Position numbers and translations under genes: made by a program. A model generated the notes under the pieces. The model saw only the letters and a list, made by a program, of their open reading frames with translations. It was not told the DNA's origin and made no database searches. A stretch of 64,000 nucleotides of DNA. Origin: Paramoeba atlantica. Lineage: Eukaryota; Protista; Discosea. The stretch lies in contig CDRNVI010000015.1 of assembly GCA_977017575.1 (NCBI GenBank), positions 248,001-312,000 on the forward strand, written 5' to 3'. This document shows positions 20,209-29,600 of the stretch, one piece after another (the stretch's first letter is position 1; the number at the start of each line of letters is the position of its first letter).

Positions 20209-21060
20209 ATGATATTACCCCCTAGCCGACCCGTCCGCGTGGCCATCATCTCTACCCTCGGGGTCACTGCCACCTACGTACAATATCGCCGAACGCTGTC
20301 AGCTCTCCAGCAACGTTCTCCTGCGCCCCACACCTGGGCCACCCTCGCTCCGACACTCCGTACCGGGGACCTTCTCTTCCTCCACGGCACCGGATCTGTC
20401 TCCGCGCTGATCTGCTTTGGGTCGTTCCTTCGTACATGGTGGGATCCCCGCGCAGTGGAGTACTCCCATGTCGGGGTCCTCTATCGTGACCCGCACACCC
20501 ATACGCTCTACATACTCGAGGCCGTGGATAACCACGACATTGAGGCCGCCGACGCGGAGGGCAGTGTCCGGTTCAACGAGGTCCAACTCGTGAAGGCCGA
20601 GGCCAGGGTGTTTGGGTGTCGCGCCCACGGTGAGCCGTTGCACCAGAGGTGCTACGACCGCTGTGGGGTACGACGTGGAGTGTGGCTGGAGGGAGAGGAC
20701 ACCGCGGAGGCTGTTCGGTCGCGTTGGGCCCCCGGGTTCGTACAGCGCTACCGTGGTAGGCCGATGGATGAGTCGCGGTTGATGGGGTTTGGGTTTATTC
20801 ACCCCGCGATGTATCGTCGGAAGGATACCGATCGTTCGATTACGTGTGTAGAACTTGCGGTGGACGCGTGGAGAGAATTGAGACTTTTACGTGAGCTCCC
20901 CACGGATGCCACGTTCTTCGAAAAGGTCTCATCCATGTGGAGGTCCGTGCGGCCTGGGTGGTCATACTTGCCTGTCCACCTGGCGTTTGGGCAAGACGCA
21001 GAGCTCGGCATAGAACCCCACGCTGTACTTCAGCCCATTGAACGAATTGAAATTGGGTGA
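20209..21060 (+). CDS. Permuted papain-like NlpC/P60 protein (YiiX/YaeF, C92-like)
   Basis: LRTGDLLFL, YSHVGVLY and ILEAV, with distal TCVELAVDAW, giving the His-before-Cys order of permuted NlpC/P60. N-terminal hydrophobic stretch. Confidence 0.65.
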   Translation: MILPPSRPVRVAIISTLGVTATYVQYRRTLSALQQRSPAPHTWATLAPTLRTGDLLFLHGTGSVSALICFGSFLRTWWDPRAVEYSHVGVLYRDPHTHTLYILEAVDNHDIEAADAEGSVRFNEVQLVKAEARVFGCRAHGEPLHQRCYDRCGVRRGVWLEGEDTAEAVRSRWAPGFVQRYRGRPMDESRLMGFGFIHPAMYRRKDTDRSITCVELAVDAWRELRLLRELPTDATFFEKVSSMWRSVRPGWSYLPVHLAFGQDAELGIEPHAVLQPIERIEIG

Positions 21061-21298
21061 ACAGTTCCTCACTTCGCCTCGGCGGAATATGCACTTAGTT
21101 TTAAAAAGAAATGGGGAAAATGGAAATTCTACTTAAATGCGCTGCGTATCTTAACTCTGTTCTGCGACAGTAAATTTTCTTTTATCGTATGTTGAGACTT
21201 CTTTGCATTTATTGTATTTCTTTGCATTTTTATTGTAGAATACATACATGTATGATCAGTGCATACTTTTATTTTCCTTTTTTGTCTTCGTCATAGGG

Positions 21299-22860
21299 AT
21301 GTTTCAACATTGTCCGAACGTTCTTTATTTGCCCCTGCACGGTCTTACAGGGAAACTTTTTCCCGAAGCAACACGTTTTTGGCTTTTAGAAGGGAAGAAA
21401 AAAAAATACTGCAATCCGTACTGGATAACTAGAGAACATCTCGACTGGATTGGCGGTGGGCATGCCTCCATACGACCTGGGCAAGAGCCAACCGTACTTC
21501 CGACGGAAGGAAATTCCTTCTTTTATGCCTCAAGTACTTCTAAAAATCGTAAAATAATGCTGAACGCACCTAATGTCCCTACTGGAATTGCATGGTACAA
21601 TGCAGAACAAACCACAAACGCCCCTATAATTAATGAATATGTAAAATTATTTTCTCCCATATGGCACAGCGAATCTTACCAACCAGTAGATGCCTTTACC
21701 GGAGGAATTTTCCTCGGGCCTTCACGCGAACGATTACAAGTTGCAGCTGCGAGATTTCAGGTAACGAATGAACAGTGGATAAGCAAAAAAGATCTTCCTC
21801 TAGTAGACGATGGATCTGTGAAGCCTTTGACGATGTTCGGGGCGTATCAGTGCGCCTATGTGATACATACAAGTCATTTCCTGTTGCCGAAACCGGAACA
21901 GAAATTGGTAAAAGTGCCGATGCACTATTCTACAATGCACTGCACACGACACAACCACACAAGTTGTATCAACACCTTAAAAAGCGACTTGCTCGTACTG
22001 TTTTATATAGGAGAATATACGGCGCGGAGATTCAACGCATTCTACAGCATTACGCTCATCAGAAAAACTTCAAATCCCGTGATTGGATTACTTCTAAAAA
22101 GCTATATGCCGCGTACGGCGAAAGAGTTAAACTTTTACCCGGCGCTACAGGTGTTCGTCTTCCCTTGTGCTGTAATGAAGCTTTTACTGAAACAGTGGGG
22201 AAGTATTTTACTCTTTACAATGCACAGGAGACCACGGACCCCGCTTTGCTAATCAGGTGCTCGAATAGAGGCCCTATGGTTCGTCTCTCTGACGGTATGT
22301 CATTTTCTTCCGGACTTCAACTTGCATTGCACACAGAAGCGGAAAAGAGAGGGTACAAAAGTCCTGTATGGACAGATGATGAAGGTTTGGAACGAACCTT
22401 TAAGGGCCATGTCAAAATTCATTGCGGGGAGCAACCTTTCTTAGCGAGAGAAATATTAACGTGTAGCGAAGGGCGGGGTTGTACTCAAGTCCTCTTTAAC
22501 GCAGACCAAACAACAGATGCAGAAACGGTTCAAACGTTTGTGGCAAACACTAGAAAACGACATGCCACAGAGAGATCTCCAATGCGTAGTGCGTATAGAG
22601 GTACAACTTTCCCACATGCTCTACAAAGGCAATTGTACAGTTTTGCAGCCCGCCATCATCTACAATCTCGATTTTGGTTGCATCAGCATCATTTAGAACA
22701 TTTCTCTCCCAAATTAGTCTTGTCAAGAAAAAATGGACCTCCTGTCGTGTTCATTCTTCCAGGTAACAACTTCTCTAGAAACGAAAATTCGTTGATTAAC
22801 GTTGATCAAATTGAGAATCGTAACGTATTGGACGAACATATTGCAAGGCTTCGTTTGTGA
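21299..22860 (+). CDS. Tc38/RBP38-like protein with five ArdC-N-type ssDNA-binding repeats, split by a -1 frameshift near 21826 (about 520 aa when joined)
   Basis: Five repeats of G..f....L......y.s..W(I/T/L)....L....V..G.......(l/y)N(a/v)(e/d)Q: YWITREHL..WYNAEQT, QWISKKDL..FYNALHT, DWITSKKL..LYNAQET, VWTDDEGL..LFNADQT and FWLHQHHL..INVDQI. Repeat 2 starts in frame +2 (ORF 21248-22252) and ends in frame +1 (ORF 21775-22860). Confidence 0.7.
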
Positions 22861-23430
22861 TATTTCGTATGGAGCAATACTTCCCAAGGAAGACAAGGTG
22901 TTGTTACTGTATCCGTTATGCCCAAAATTTATCTGCTTGTTTTGTAAAGCAGAAGATTAGGTGAGCGATTCTTATCTTAAACATGTGCACCCCCGCGACG
23001 TATCTGATTTTCTTATACAGTTATAAGGAGATCAAAGTGATTTTTTCCAGGGTGCTTCCTCATCGTTTGCTTGCGTTTCTTTCATTGGGAATAAGTTCTT
23101 CTCTTCTGATGCGCTATACTATGTGTATATTTACACTGCTGATAAAAAAATTGCTCTCTTGCAAATCCTTACCGAAATCAAGAAATACGCAAATGTATAC
23201 TTTGCACATGTCTCGCATATTACTTGCCTTCTACATTTTGCCCTATTTTCTCGCTATAAACAAAGTTCAACTGAAATTGTACAACTAAAAGTCCAAAATT
23301 GAATATCTTCATTGCCGATTTTTTTAACCGAAGCCTTCGCAATTGGGAAAATGATATTGTGGAACATCTAGAATTCCTCTATTCTTAAAAGTTAAATAGA
23401 ATTTCTAGCACTTTTGATAAAGAGATTATT

Positions 23431-24137
23431 GCGGTGGTTGTATAACTACCGCTCTACCCTCGATTAATGAAAAAAAGGCGAACACAAACAGTGAAAATAT
23501 TAAGAGAAACACAGTAATATAATAGAAGACAAAATATAAAAGGGGGCTCCGGTGGTCCAAAACTGAAAAATATGGGCCCCCCCCGGGGGGGGGGGATCCA
23601 GGGGGGAGGGGCATACGTCGAGATAATTTTTTTCAATTTTTTTGCTTTTCAAAATCGAGCGTCGGGAAGTGGTAGAGTATGCCGCGGCGATGATTTTCCA
23701 CACCGCCCCCACCTGGGGGTAACCCCCCCTGGGACGCGCAGGAGGGGTCCAACGTCAAAATTTCCGAAATTTTTGGGAAGACCAAAAAAACGTTTTTTTG
23801 GCCCAAAATAGTTAAAAATATTGCCTTTCCAAAATCGACTCCTAAAAGAGATTTTCTCCTAAAAGAGATTTTAAGAGTTTTGCATCTCATCTACCGTTCT
23901 ACGACGTTTTTTTGGCAGATTCGCCTCCTACCCCTACTGGTAAGGCATCCAAAACGGCCTAGTTCGGCTTAAAATTTCGCAATTTTCGCCGAAAAATCGA
24001 GCTTTTACTGCCAAAAGAATGAATTATTCATGATCTTTTGGTGATTTTTCTTTTTGATGCTTTTCGTTAAATGCGGTGGTAGTTTTCAACGTGAAGCGCG
24101 CAGCATGAGTGACTCCTAAGTTGAAAACAACTACCGC
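23431..24137. repeat. Non-coding segment bounded by GCGGTRGTTGT inverted repeats, with G/C homopolymer runs (possible non-autonomous element)
   Basis: gcggtggttgt at 23431 matches the reverse complement of acaactaccgc ending 24137 (10/11). Internal hairpin 23431-23452. An 18-bp inverted pair at 24073-24090 and 24120-24137 (16/18). No TSD found. Confidence 0.4.
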
Positions 24138-24328
24138 GTTAGAGTATATAACTGTATGTAAGTGTAAGAATAATTCTTCTGTACACAGTGTTTTTCTTTT
24201 ATTTTTCGCTACTGTTCACGTACAACGAATGGACAGGGACTAAGTTCTCTAAAGCTATAAATCTAATTGTCGTGTCTACCTCTGAAATATTCTATGTTGC
24301 CATATTGCAGCACATTCTCATAATCTCT

Positions 24329-24577
24329 ATGGTGCAAATAAAGAGTGGGGGAGAAGTTTTCTCTTTGAACTCTGGACGGCAGGTGGCATGGAGTGAGGTT
24401 CCATCTTGGTTCAAACGTATTATGAGGAGCGAAGAACAAATGCCAACGCCATGTTATAAAGAAAGAGATGAAGCGCAAAAATGTTTTGAAACAGACGGCT
24501 TCTGGAGTGAAATATGTGTCATGCCTTTGGAAAATTTTGATACGTGCCAGACAAGGCACACCCCAACCCATGACTAA
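24329..24577 (+). CDS. Small twin-CX9C (CHCH) protein, probable mitochondrial intermembrane-space protein
   Basis: 82 aa from ATG 24329, containing CYKERDEAQKC-x10-CVMPLENFDTC, an exact twin CX9C. Confidence 0.65.
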   Translation: MVQIKSGGEVFSLNSGRQVAWSEVPSWFKRIMRSEEQMPTPCYKERDEAQKCFETDGFWSEICVMPLENFDTCQTRHTPTHD

Positions 24578-24867
24578 CGGAACTCTTTTCCTAAATGAAG
24601 GAGTTCGCATTTGCATAAACAAAACATTGTTCGAGACTTTATGATCGTAGTGCACACGTGTACAGGATACGCTGTATGTACATGTGTATGTATAGTATAT
24701 ACGCTGTACGTATACATGCAGAATATTTTATTCATGCGCTCTCAACTTTTTGTCAGTCATATAGTACGGCATTCTACAGCATTGTACGGCATACATTACA
24801 ATGCATGCTATACATGCTGAATGCATGACAGACAAATACTAACACTGAAAAACAACAGTACTTAGTA

Positions 24868-24995
24868 CTGTCCCCTCCCCTTAGGCGCACCCGGTTAGCC
24901 CCCCCCGCCCCCCGCGAAGTGGCGCCACTGATTCAGACCCCCCCGTTTAGCGTACGTTTTACGGAAAACGAGGTGTACTTAAACGGGGCGGACAG
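24868..24995. mobile_element. 128-bp MITE, family B (CTGTCCCC.. TIR)
   Basis: TA|ctgtcccctccccttagg ... cttaaacggggcggacag|TG. Imperfect TIRs share termini with the elements at 40109 and 42630; the right TSD is decayed. Confidence 0.6.
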
Positions 24996-25067
24996 TGCTA
25001 CTAAACAAATACCCTATTTATGATAGCTAGTTATTATGCCCATAGCCACGTATTGTGCCCATAGCTA

Positions 25068-25100
25068 CAGTAGTAGTTAATGTGCCTGGGGGCACTACTG
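25068..25100. repeat. 33-bp TA-flanked mini inverted repeat (possible internally deleted MITE)
   Basis: TA|cagtagt ... actactg|TA: a 7-bp perfect TIR starting CAG with TA on both sides. Confidence 0.35.
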
Positions 25101-25202
25101 TATAACCCGGAACACGGTTTAAGGACCTACATGCATAGTTCGGAGTGCATTTTTCGTATACAGCACTTTTCGCGTACGCAGCAGTGTAAAGCAATGTACC
25201 TA

Positions 25203-25986
25203 CAGTGGTGATCAGCGTCTTTTACCCCCCCCCCTACAGGGGTAAAAAACTTCTTGTATTTTGTCCAATTTTGGAAATATTTGGTATACCACCGTTTTTC
25301 GACCCAATCGTTCCGAATCCGAGGTCCTTCTCACTCGAGCAACCCCCTACCCCCCTAGCCAGGTAGGGGTCAAAAAAGCTAATTACAATTTTTCTGGGTA
25401 TACTTTTTCGAATGTTTCGGATGAAAAACAGTAGTAAATTAAGTCAGAAGACGCGGAAAAGGAGTGTAAAGTATTCCCTAGTATTTAGTAATATGCCCTT
25501 TGGCCTCCTTGACCAAGAGTAAACGCTTACGATCGTCCGGGAAGATATTCTGAAATAATAAAATTCTTTAGCTACGGGAAGCCTTCCTGTTGATCTTCAG
25601 AAAAATGAAACGTTTCAATGATGGACCCAGGGTTAAGTTTATAAAGTTTTGAGACTGCCTTATAGGACTTAAGTCACTCGTATTCGATCACGAGTGCCGT
25701 GCGCATCTCGGAGCGCACGCGAGAGAAAGGTGAACACAGGGGGCGGTGCTTCGTCATGAATCACCAAAAAATGTATCAATTTTGAAAAACAATTTCTAAT
25801 TTTGAAAAAAGAATCGAGTTTTTTGCAGTCGTTTTTCCAGTTTAGGAATGATACAGGTGTCCACGAGTAAAAAGGACCTCGGATTCGGAACAATTGGGTC
25901 GAAAAACAGTCCCATAGAAAACATCTCCAAAAGCGATGAAAATACAAGACCTGTAGTGGGGGGGTAAAAGACGCTGATCACCACTG
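25203..25986 (+). mobile_element. 784-bp Tc1/mariner-type MITE, family A copy 1
   Basis: TA|CAGTGGTGATCAGCGTCTTTTACCCCCCC..ctacagg ... cctgtagtgggggggtaaaagacgctgatcaccactg|TA. Imperfect TIR similarity extends about 130 bp. No ORF. A second copy lies at 34261-35016. Confidence 0.9.
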
Positions 25987-26091
25987 TACATGCAGCAATG
26001 TACATGTATGTGTATTGTGCACACACAACCTGCATACACTTTTAAGTTGTTTTTGGATCCTTCACTTTACTATCCTCTATTTTCAGGTGTT

Positions 26092-27840
26092 ATGGGTCGG
26101 AGAAGGTTACTTATCTCAGCGCTCACGACTGGTCTTACTGGTGCCACGTATTGGTTGCTTCGTCATAGTAGAGCTCCTCTGGGACAGCCTTTTCTTTGTC
26201 TGATCTCATTTTTAAAGCGACGTACGTTCGTTGAGGTCAATCACCCAAAATTGGGTTTAGCATTTCGGTATTCAGCGTCCACTTGTGTACTTCGGGGTGA
26301 AATACGAATGGCCCCAGTCAGGGTTTTTGAATTTTATTTAACGCATCATGAAACTTCGCGTATTCTTATTACAGTCGAGCAATGTGGGGCCCCTCTTAGC
26401 CTTCAAGAGTACAAGACACATTCACTCAACGCAATTACAGCACAGCTGGGAAATATTGCTGTTGAGCATGAAAAAACCACCGTTTCTCTCGGTGGCCAAC
26501 CAGCCATTGAATTTGAATACACACACATATCCTCACAGGGTACACCACGAAAAGTATGGTGTATCTTGGCCACTCTGGGTCACCGTGCCTATTCAGTGCA
26601 CTTTAATAGTCATGGGAACGTGTATGATAAAGGTCTGACATATGCACAAGAGATGGCTCGGTCTATGTCAATATCACATGTATCGACAAGTGAAAGTTTT
26701 CAGTATTTCACAAGTGCATCTCACGGGTTAGGCATGCGAGTAGCCACGGAGTACAGCTTAGACGATACCGCCGCTGAAGAGGATACCCTTCTAGCGCGGT
26801 TTGTTACAACACGTGCTCCAGTTTCTTCCGTACAACTCATCGAGCAATCATTTATTGAGGTCAGGTGCCATCGTGAGTCCTTCGTTGGCTCTGATGATAG
26901 CAGCATGTGGAATCATTATAGCTCAATGCTTCGCACACATGTAGAGCACAGTCTGTCCTCTTCTGAAAATTTAGAGTGGGTGACTCATGGTCCAGAAATA
27001 ACGGTAGAGTATCTCTGTGACCGCGTTACACATAAAAAGTTGCAGCCTACCTTTGCGATACACACTCTAGTGACTGAAAAGACACACATACCGGTTCAAT
27101 ATTTTTTCTACGATATACTTTCAACGAATCATGTGGAAGACAACGAAGACACGCAACCCATCAAAGTGTCACACGTCACGTTTTTCGCTGTACGGGGCAA
27201 TGAATGTATGAGTTTGACGGCATGGGGACTTCGCGAACATTTTTCGTATGTATGGAATGACGCTTTGGCATGTATTCACTCTCTCACATTTACGCACTTG
27301 TTCTCTCTTCAATCTTGCATGCTTTCGTACTGTAATCCTACGTACCAGTTTGGCTTGCGAATTCCCTCGCAATTGCAAATAGTAGAGAGCGTTATCGGTG
27401 ATCCTTTATTGTCACTATTGTTCAGAGAAAAATCTGACGAAGCTGGATGGAGAGGGCGATCCTTGGAGAGCAGTGGCTTTGCCGAATCATCAGCAAATTC
27501 ATCTTTTGCTATGCACATTCGCGTACAAGACTTGTTTCCGACCTACGCACAGCTTCACGAAACAGCTTCCCAATTTATAAATGAGCTACGACAAACAGAA
27601 GGTGTTGAAATAGAATCTGAAAAGCCAACGGCGCTACATGGACACATGGCCCATGAAGTATTGTACATTCAAGATGACGGTGAGGGACAAGTTCATAAAA
27701 ATTGGGCAATACTTGCTATATACTGTGGACGTCAGTACATACTTCATGTAGTTGGCACCAGTACACGCTTTCGATGGTGGAAGAAAATGTGCCGTTCAGT
27801 AATACATGGGTTCCACTTCTATAATTGTGAATTATACTGA
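26092..27840 (+). CDS. Protein with about three tandem PsbP/DcrB(DUF1795)/Mog1-like domains and an N-terminal anchor
   Basis: Repeated unit, e.g. VSLGGQPAIEFEY..KVWCILATLGHRAYSVHF and LHGHMAHEVLY..KNWAILAIYCGRQYILHV. A pyrimidine tract and AG (26085-86) just before ATG 26092. Confidence 0.55.
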   Translation: MGRRRLLISALTTGLTGATYWLLRHSRAPLGQPFLCLISFLKRRTFVEVNHPKLGLAFRYSASTCVLRGEIRMAPVRVFEFYLTHHETSRILITVEQCGAPLSLQEYKTHSLNAITAQLGNIAVEHEKTTVSLGGQPAIEFEYTHISSQGTPRKVWCILATLGHRAYSVHFNSHGNVYDKGLTYAQEMARSMSISHVSTSESFQYFTSASHGLGMRVATEYSLDDTAAEEDTLLARFVTTRAPVSSVQLIEQSFIEVRCHRESFVGSDDSSMWNHYSSMLRTHVEHSLSSSENLEWVTHGPEITVEYLCDRVTHKKLQPTFAIHTLVTEKTHIPVQYFFYDILSTNHVEDNEDTQPIKVSHVTFFAVRGNECMSLTAWGLREHFSYVWNDALACIHSLTFTHLFSLQSCMLSYCNPTYQFGLRIPSQLQIVESVIGDPLLSLLFREKSDEAGWRGRSLESSGFAESSANSSFAMHIRVQDLFPTYAQLHETASQFINELRQTEGVEIESEKPTALHGHMAHEVLYIQDDGEGQVHKNWAILAIYCGRQYILHVVGTSTRFRWWKKMCRSVIHGFHFYNCELY

Positions 27841-28294
27841 TTATACCTTTAAATTATAACTGTACACGTATGATAGAAACTTCAGTACGGAATATCCAGT
27901 CATGATGTATTCCGTTGCTGTTCTTAAAGAGTTTCTTTTGAAATATTTGTTGGCGCTTTCAATGTTTTGATTAACTGGAGTTCTGAATTACTTATGCGCT
28001 TAAGTTTCATTTGATTAGCAATTACTAGCAATGCTAGCACAATAGCGGATATACGAGAGTTTTGCAGTGAAGTCTGGTTATTTTGATGAGCTAAATACAC
28101 GGATACATTACAGTGAATATACAATGAAGTGATAAATATACGCTAAAGGTTATTTGCAAGCTCTTTATTCTTGTCTAACTAATAAGTCTTAATTCCTACA
28201 CGCACTTCGCTTCTGCTTTTTCATGTCCTTCACAACTTAAAGAGGATTTCACGTCATACTATTTGATTGTGCCATCTTTAAAAGCGGGTTACGA

Positions 28295-29260
28295 ATGCTT
28301 GACAATCGTGAAAGGGTGGGTCGTACAAGTTTCGATTTTAGTTGCGCATCTTTAGCCCGCAAATTTTCTCGTCGTTCATTTCGAATTACAACGGATGACG
28401 AAATCTTTATTCGAGAAATGAACATACTTCAAGGCGCACTTGGTTGCGCTGTTTGGGATGGCGCCGTAATATGCTCCCGCTGGATAGCAGCCAAAGCGCA
28501 AAATATACTTGACGGACGCGCCGTACTAGAATTGGGATGCGGCGCAGGTCTTGTCGGTATTGTAGCTTCACGTTTCGCGAACAAGACGTATTTGACAGAT
28601 TATATTAGCGACGTGGTCGAAAATGCGGCCTACAATGCCAAAGTTAATGTACCTGAAGAAACGTTATCGTCGGTTCACCTGGGTATACTGGACTGGTTTC
28701 AATATTTGAAATCTTCTTCTAAAATATTACCACACCGTTGCACAAAGGAAAAACAGCACGGTAAGTTTACGATACAGCCATACTACACCTGTGGTGCATG
28801 TTTTGGGGATGATGATTCACGTGGGGTTTGCGAACTGTGTTATGAGGCAGAGCATAAGACACATGATGGGTCTAGTTACGCCGGGATAACGTCCTTTGAT
28901 TGTGACTGCCAAGAACTTCATCGATCAACTTATCTTTCAATTGAGCCTCATTCCGTAGACGTTATGCTTGGTAGTGAGCTCACCTATTCAACATTAGCCT
29001 GCGAAGCTCTAGCCGATACGGTTGAAATACTGCTCAAAGAAGAAGGCGTTTTCTACGAGGTACTTTCTTCTGATCGTGACGGGGTATCCGTCTTTTCTGA
29101 CCTAATGAGGCAAAGAGGCTTTGAATGTTATAGAAAACAAGTTCCTAACTCACTTACGGTGGATTTGGGAACGCGCAAGTGGTGCCACCAGGATAAAGAA
29201 ATGTTCTACTTTTACACCTGGAAAAAGTCAAAGAGTGATTACCCCATTATGGAAGTGTAG
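28295..29260 (+). CDS. Family-16 (METTL21/EEF-KMT-like) SAM-dependent methyltransferase with an inserted UBR-type zinc finger
   Basis: GCAVWDGAVICSRWI, motif I VLELGCGAGLVGI, LTDY, LDW and VDVMLGSELTY. Insert 28739-28909 reads CT..Q.YYTCGAC..GVCELC..H..H..FDCDC. Confidence 0.8.
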   Translation: MLDNRERVGRTSFDFSCASLARKFSRRSFRITTDDEIFIREMNILQGALGCAVWDGAVICSRWIAAKAQNILDGRAVLELGCGAGLVGIVASRFANKTYLTDYISDVVENAAYNAKVNVPEETLSSVHLGILDWFQYLKSSSKILPHRCTKEKQHGKFTIQPYYTCGACFGDDDSRGVCELCYEAEHKTHDGSSYAGITSFDCDCQELHRSTYLSIEPHSVDVMLGSELTYSTLACEALADTVEILLKEEGVFYEVLSSDRDGVSVFSDLMRQRGFECYRKQVPNSLTVDLGTRKWCHQDKEMFYFYTWKKSKSDYPIMEV

Positions 29261-29600
29261 AATGTGTTATATACCGCTATACTGCCGCTTACTTTAAGTA
29301 GGGAAGATTACGAACTCTTAAGTAACTTAAGAGTGTATGCAATTTTTGTCGTAATGATTTGTGCTCGGGCGCGCGTAGTATTAAAATGCTGGATGCAATA
29401 AATTTTTTTTTGAATGAAGTTGATATTACTAAATCAAAATTTCTATTTAATAATTTCTATTTAGTATTTAATAGAGGTTTTTCAGTACTGTTATATTAAT
29501 GTTAATGTAACGTTTTTGCGCATTACCTTTTTTGTACAGTAGTATGGAGTAGTATACTTGCATAGATGTGCTACACAAGGAGTGAACTACATGTATATTA

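Noticed and set aside
20299-20802. 167-aa antisense ORF over the NlpC/P60 gene
   Set aside because: It lies in a GC island with few antisense stops, has no motifs, and would run against the polycistronic direction.
21784-21791. C AAA AAA as a programmed -1 slippery site for the ArdC-N gene
   Set aside because: It is not a canonical X XXY YYZ heptamer in the coding frame, and repeat alignment places the shift about 35 nt downstream.
22983-23288. 101-aa ORF, and the similar 40760-41134 ORF
   Set aside because: AT-rich, hydrophobic low-information translations typical of spacer or TE DNA, with no motifs.
27902-27986. Possible box C/D snoRNA (ATGATGT ... CTGA)
   Set aside because: The C box is imperfect, there is no terminal stem, and I could not verify an rRNA-complementary guide.
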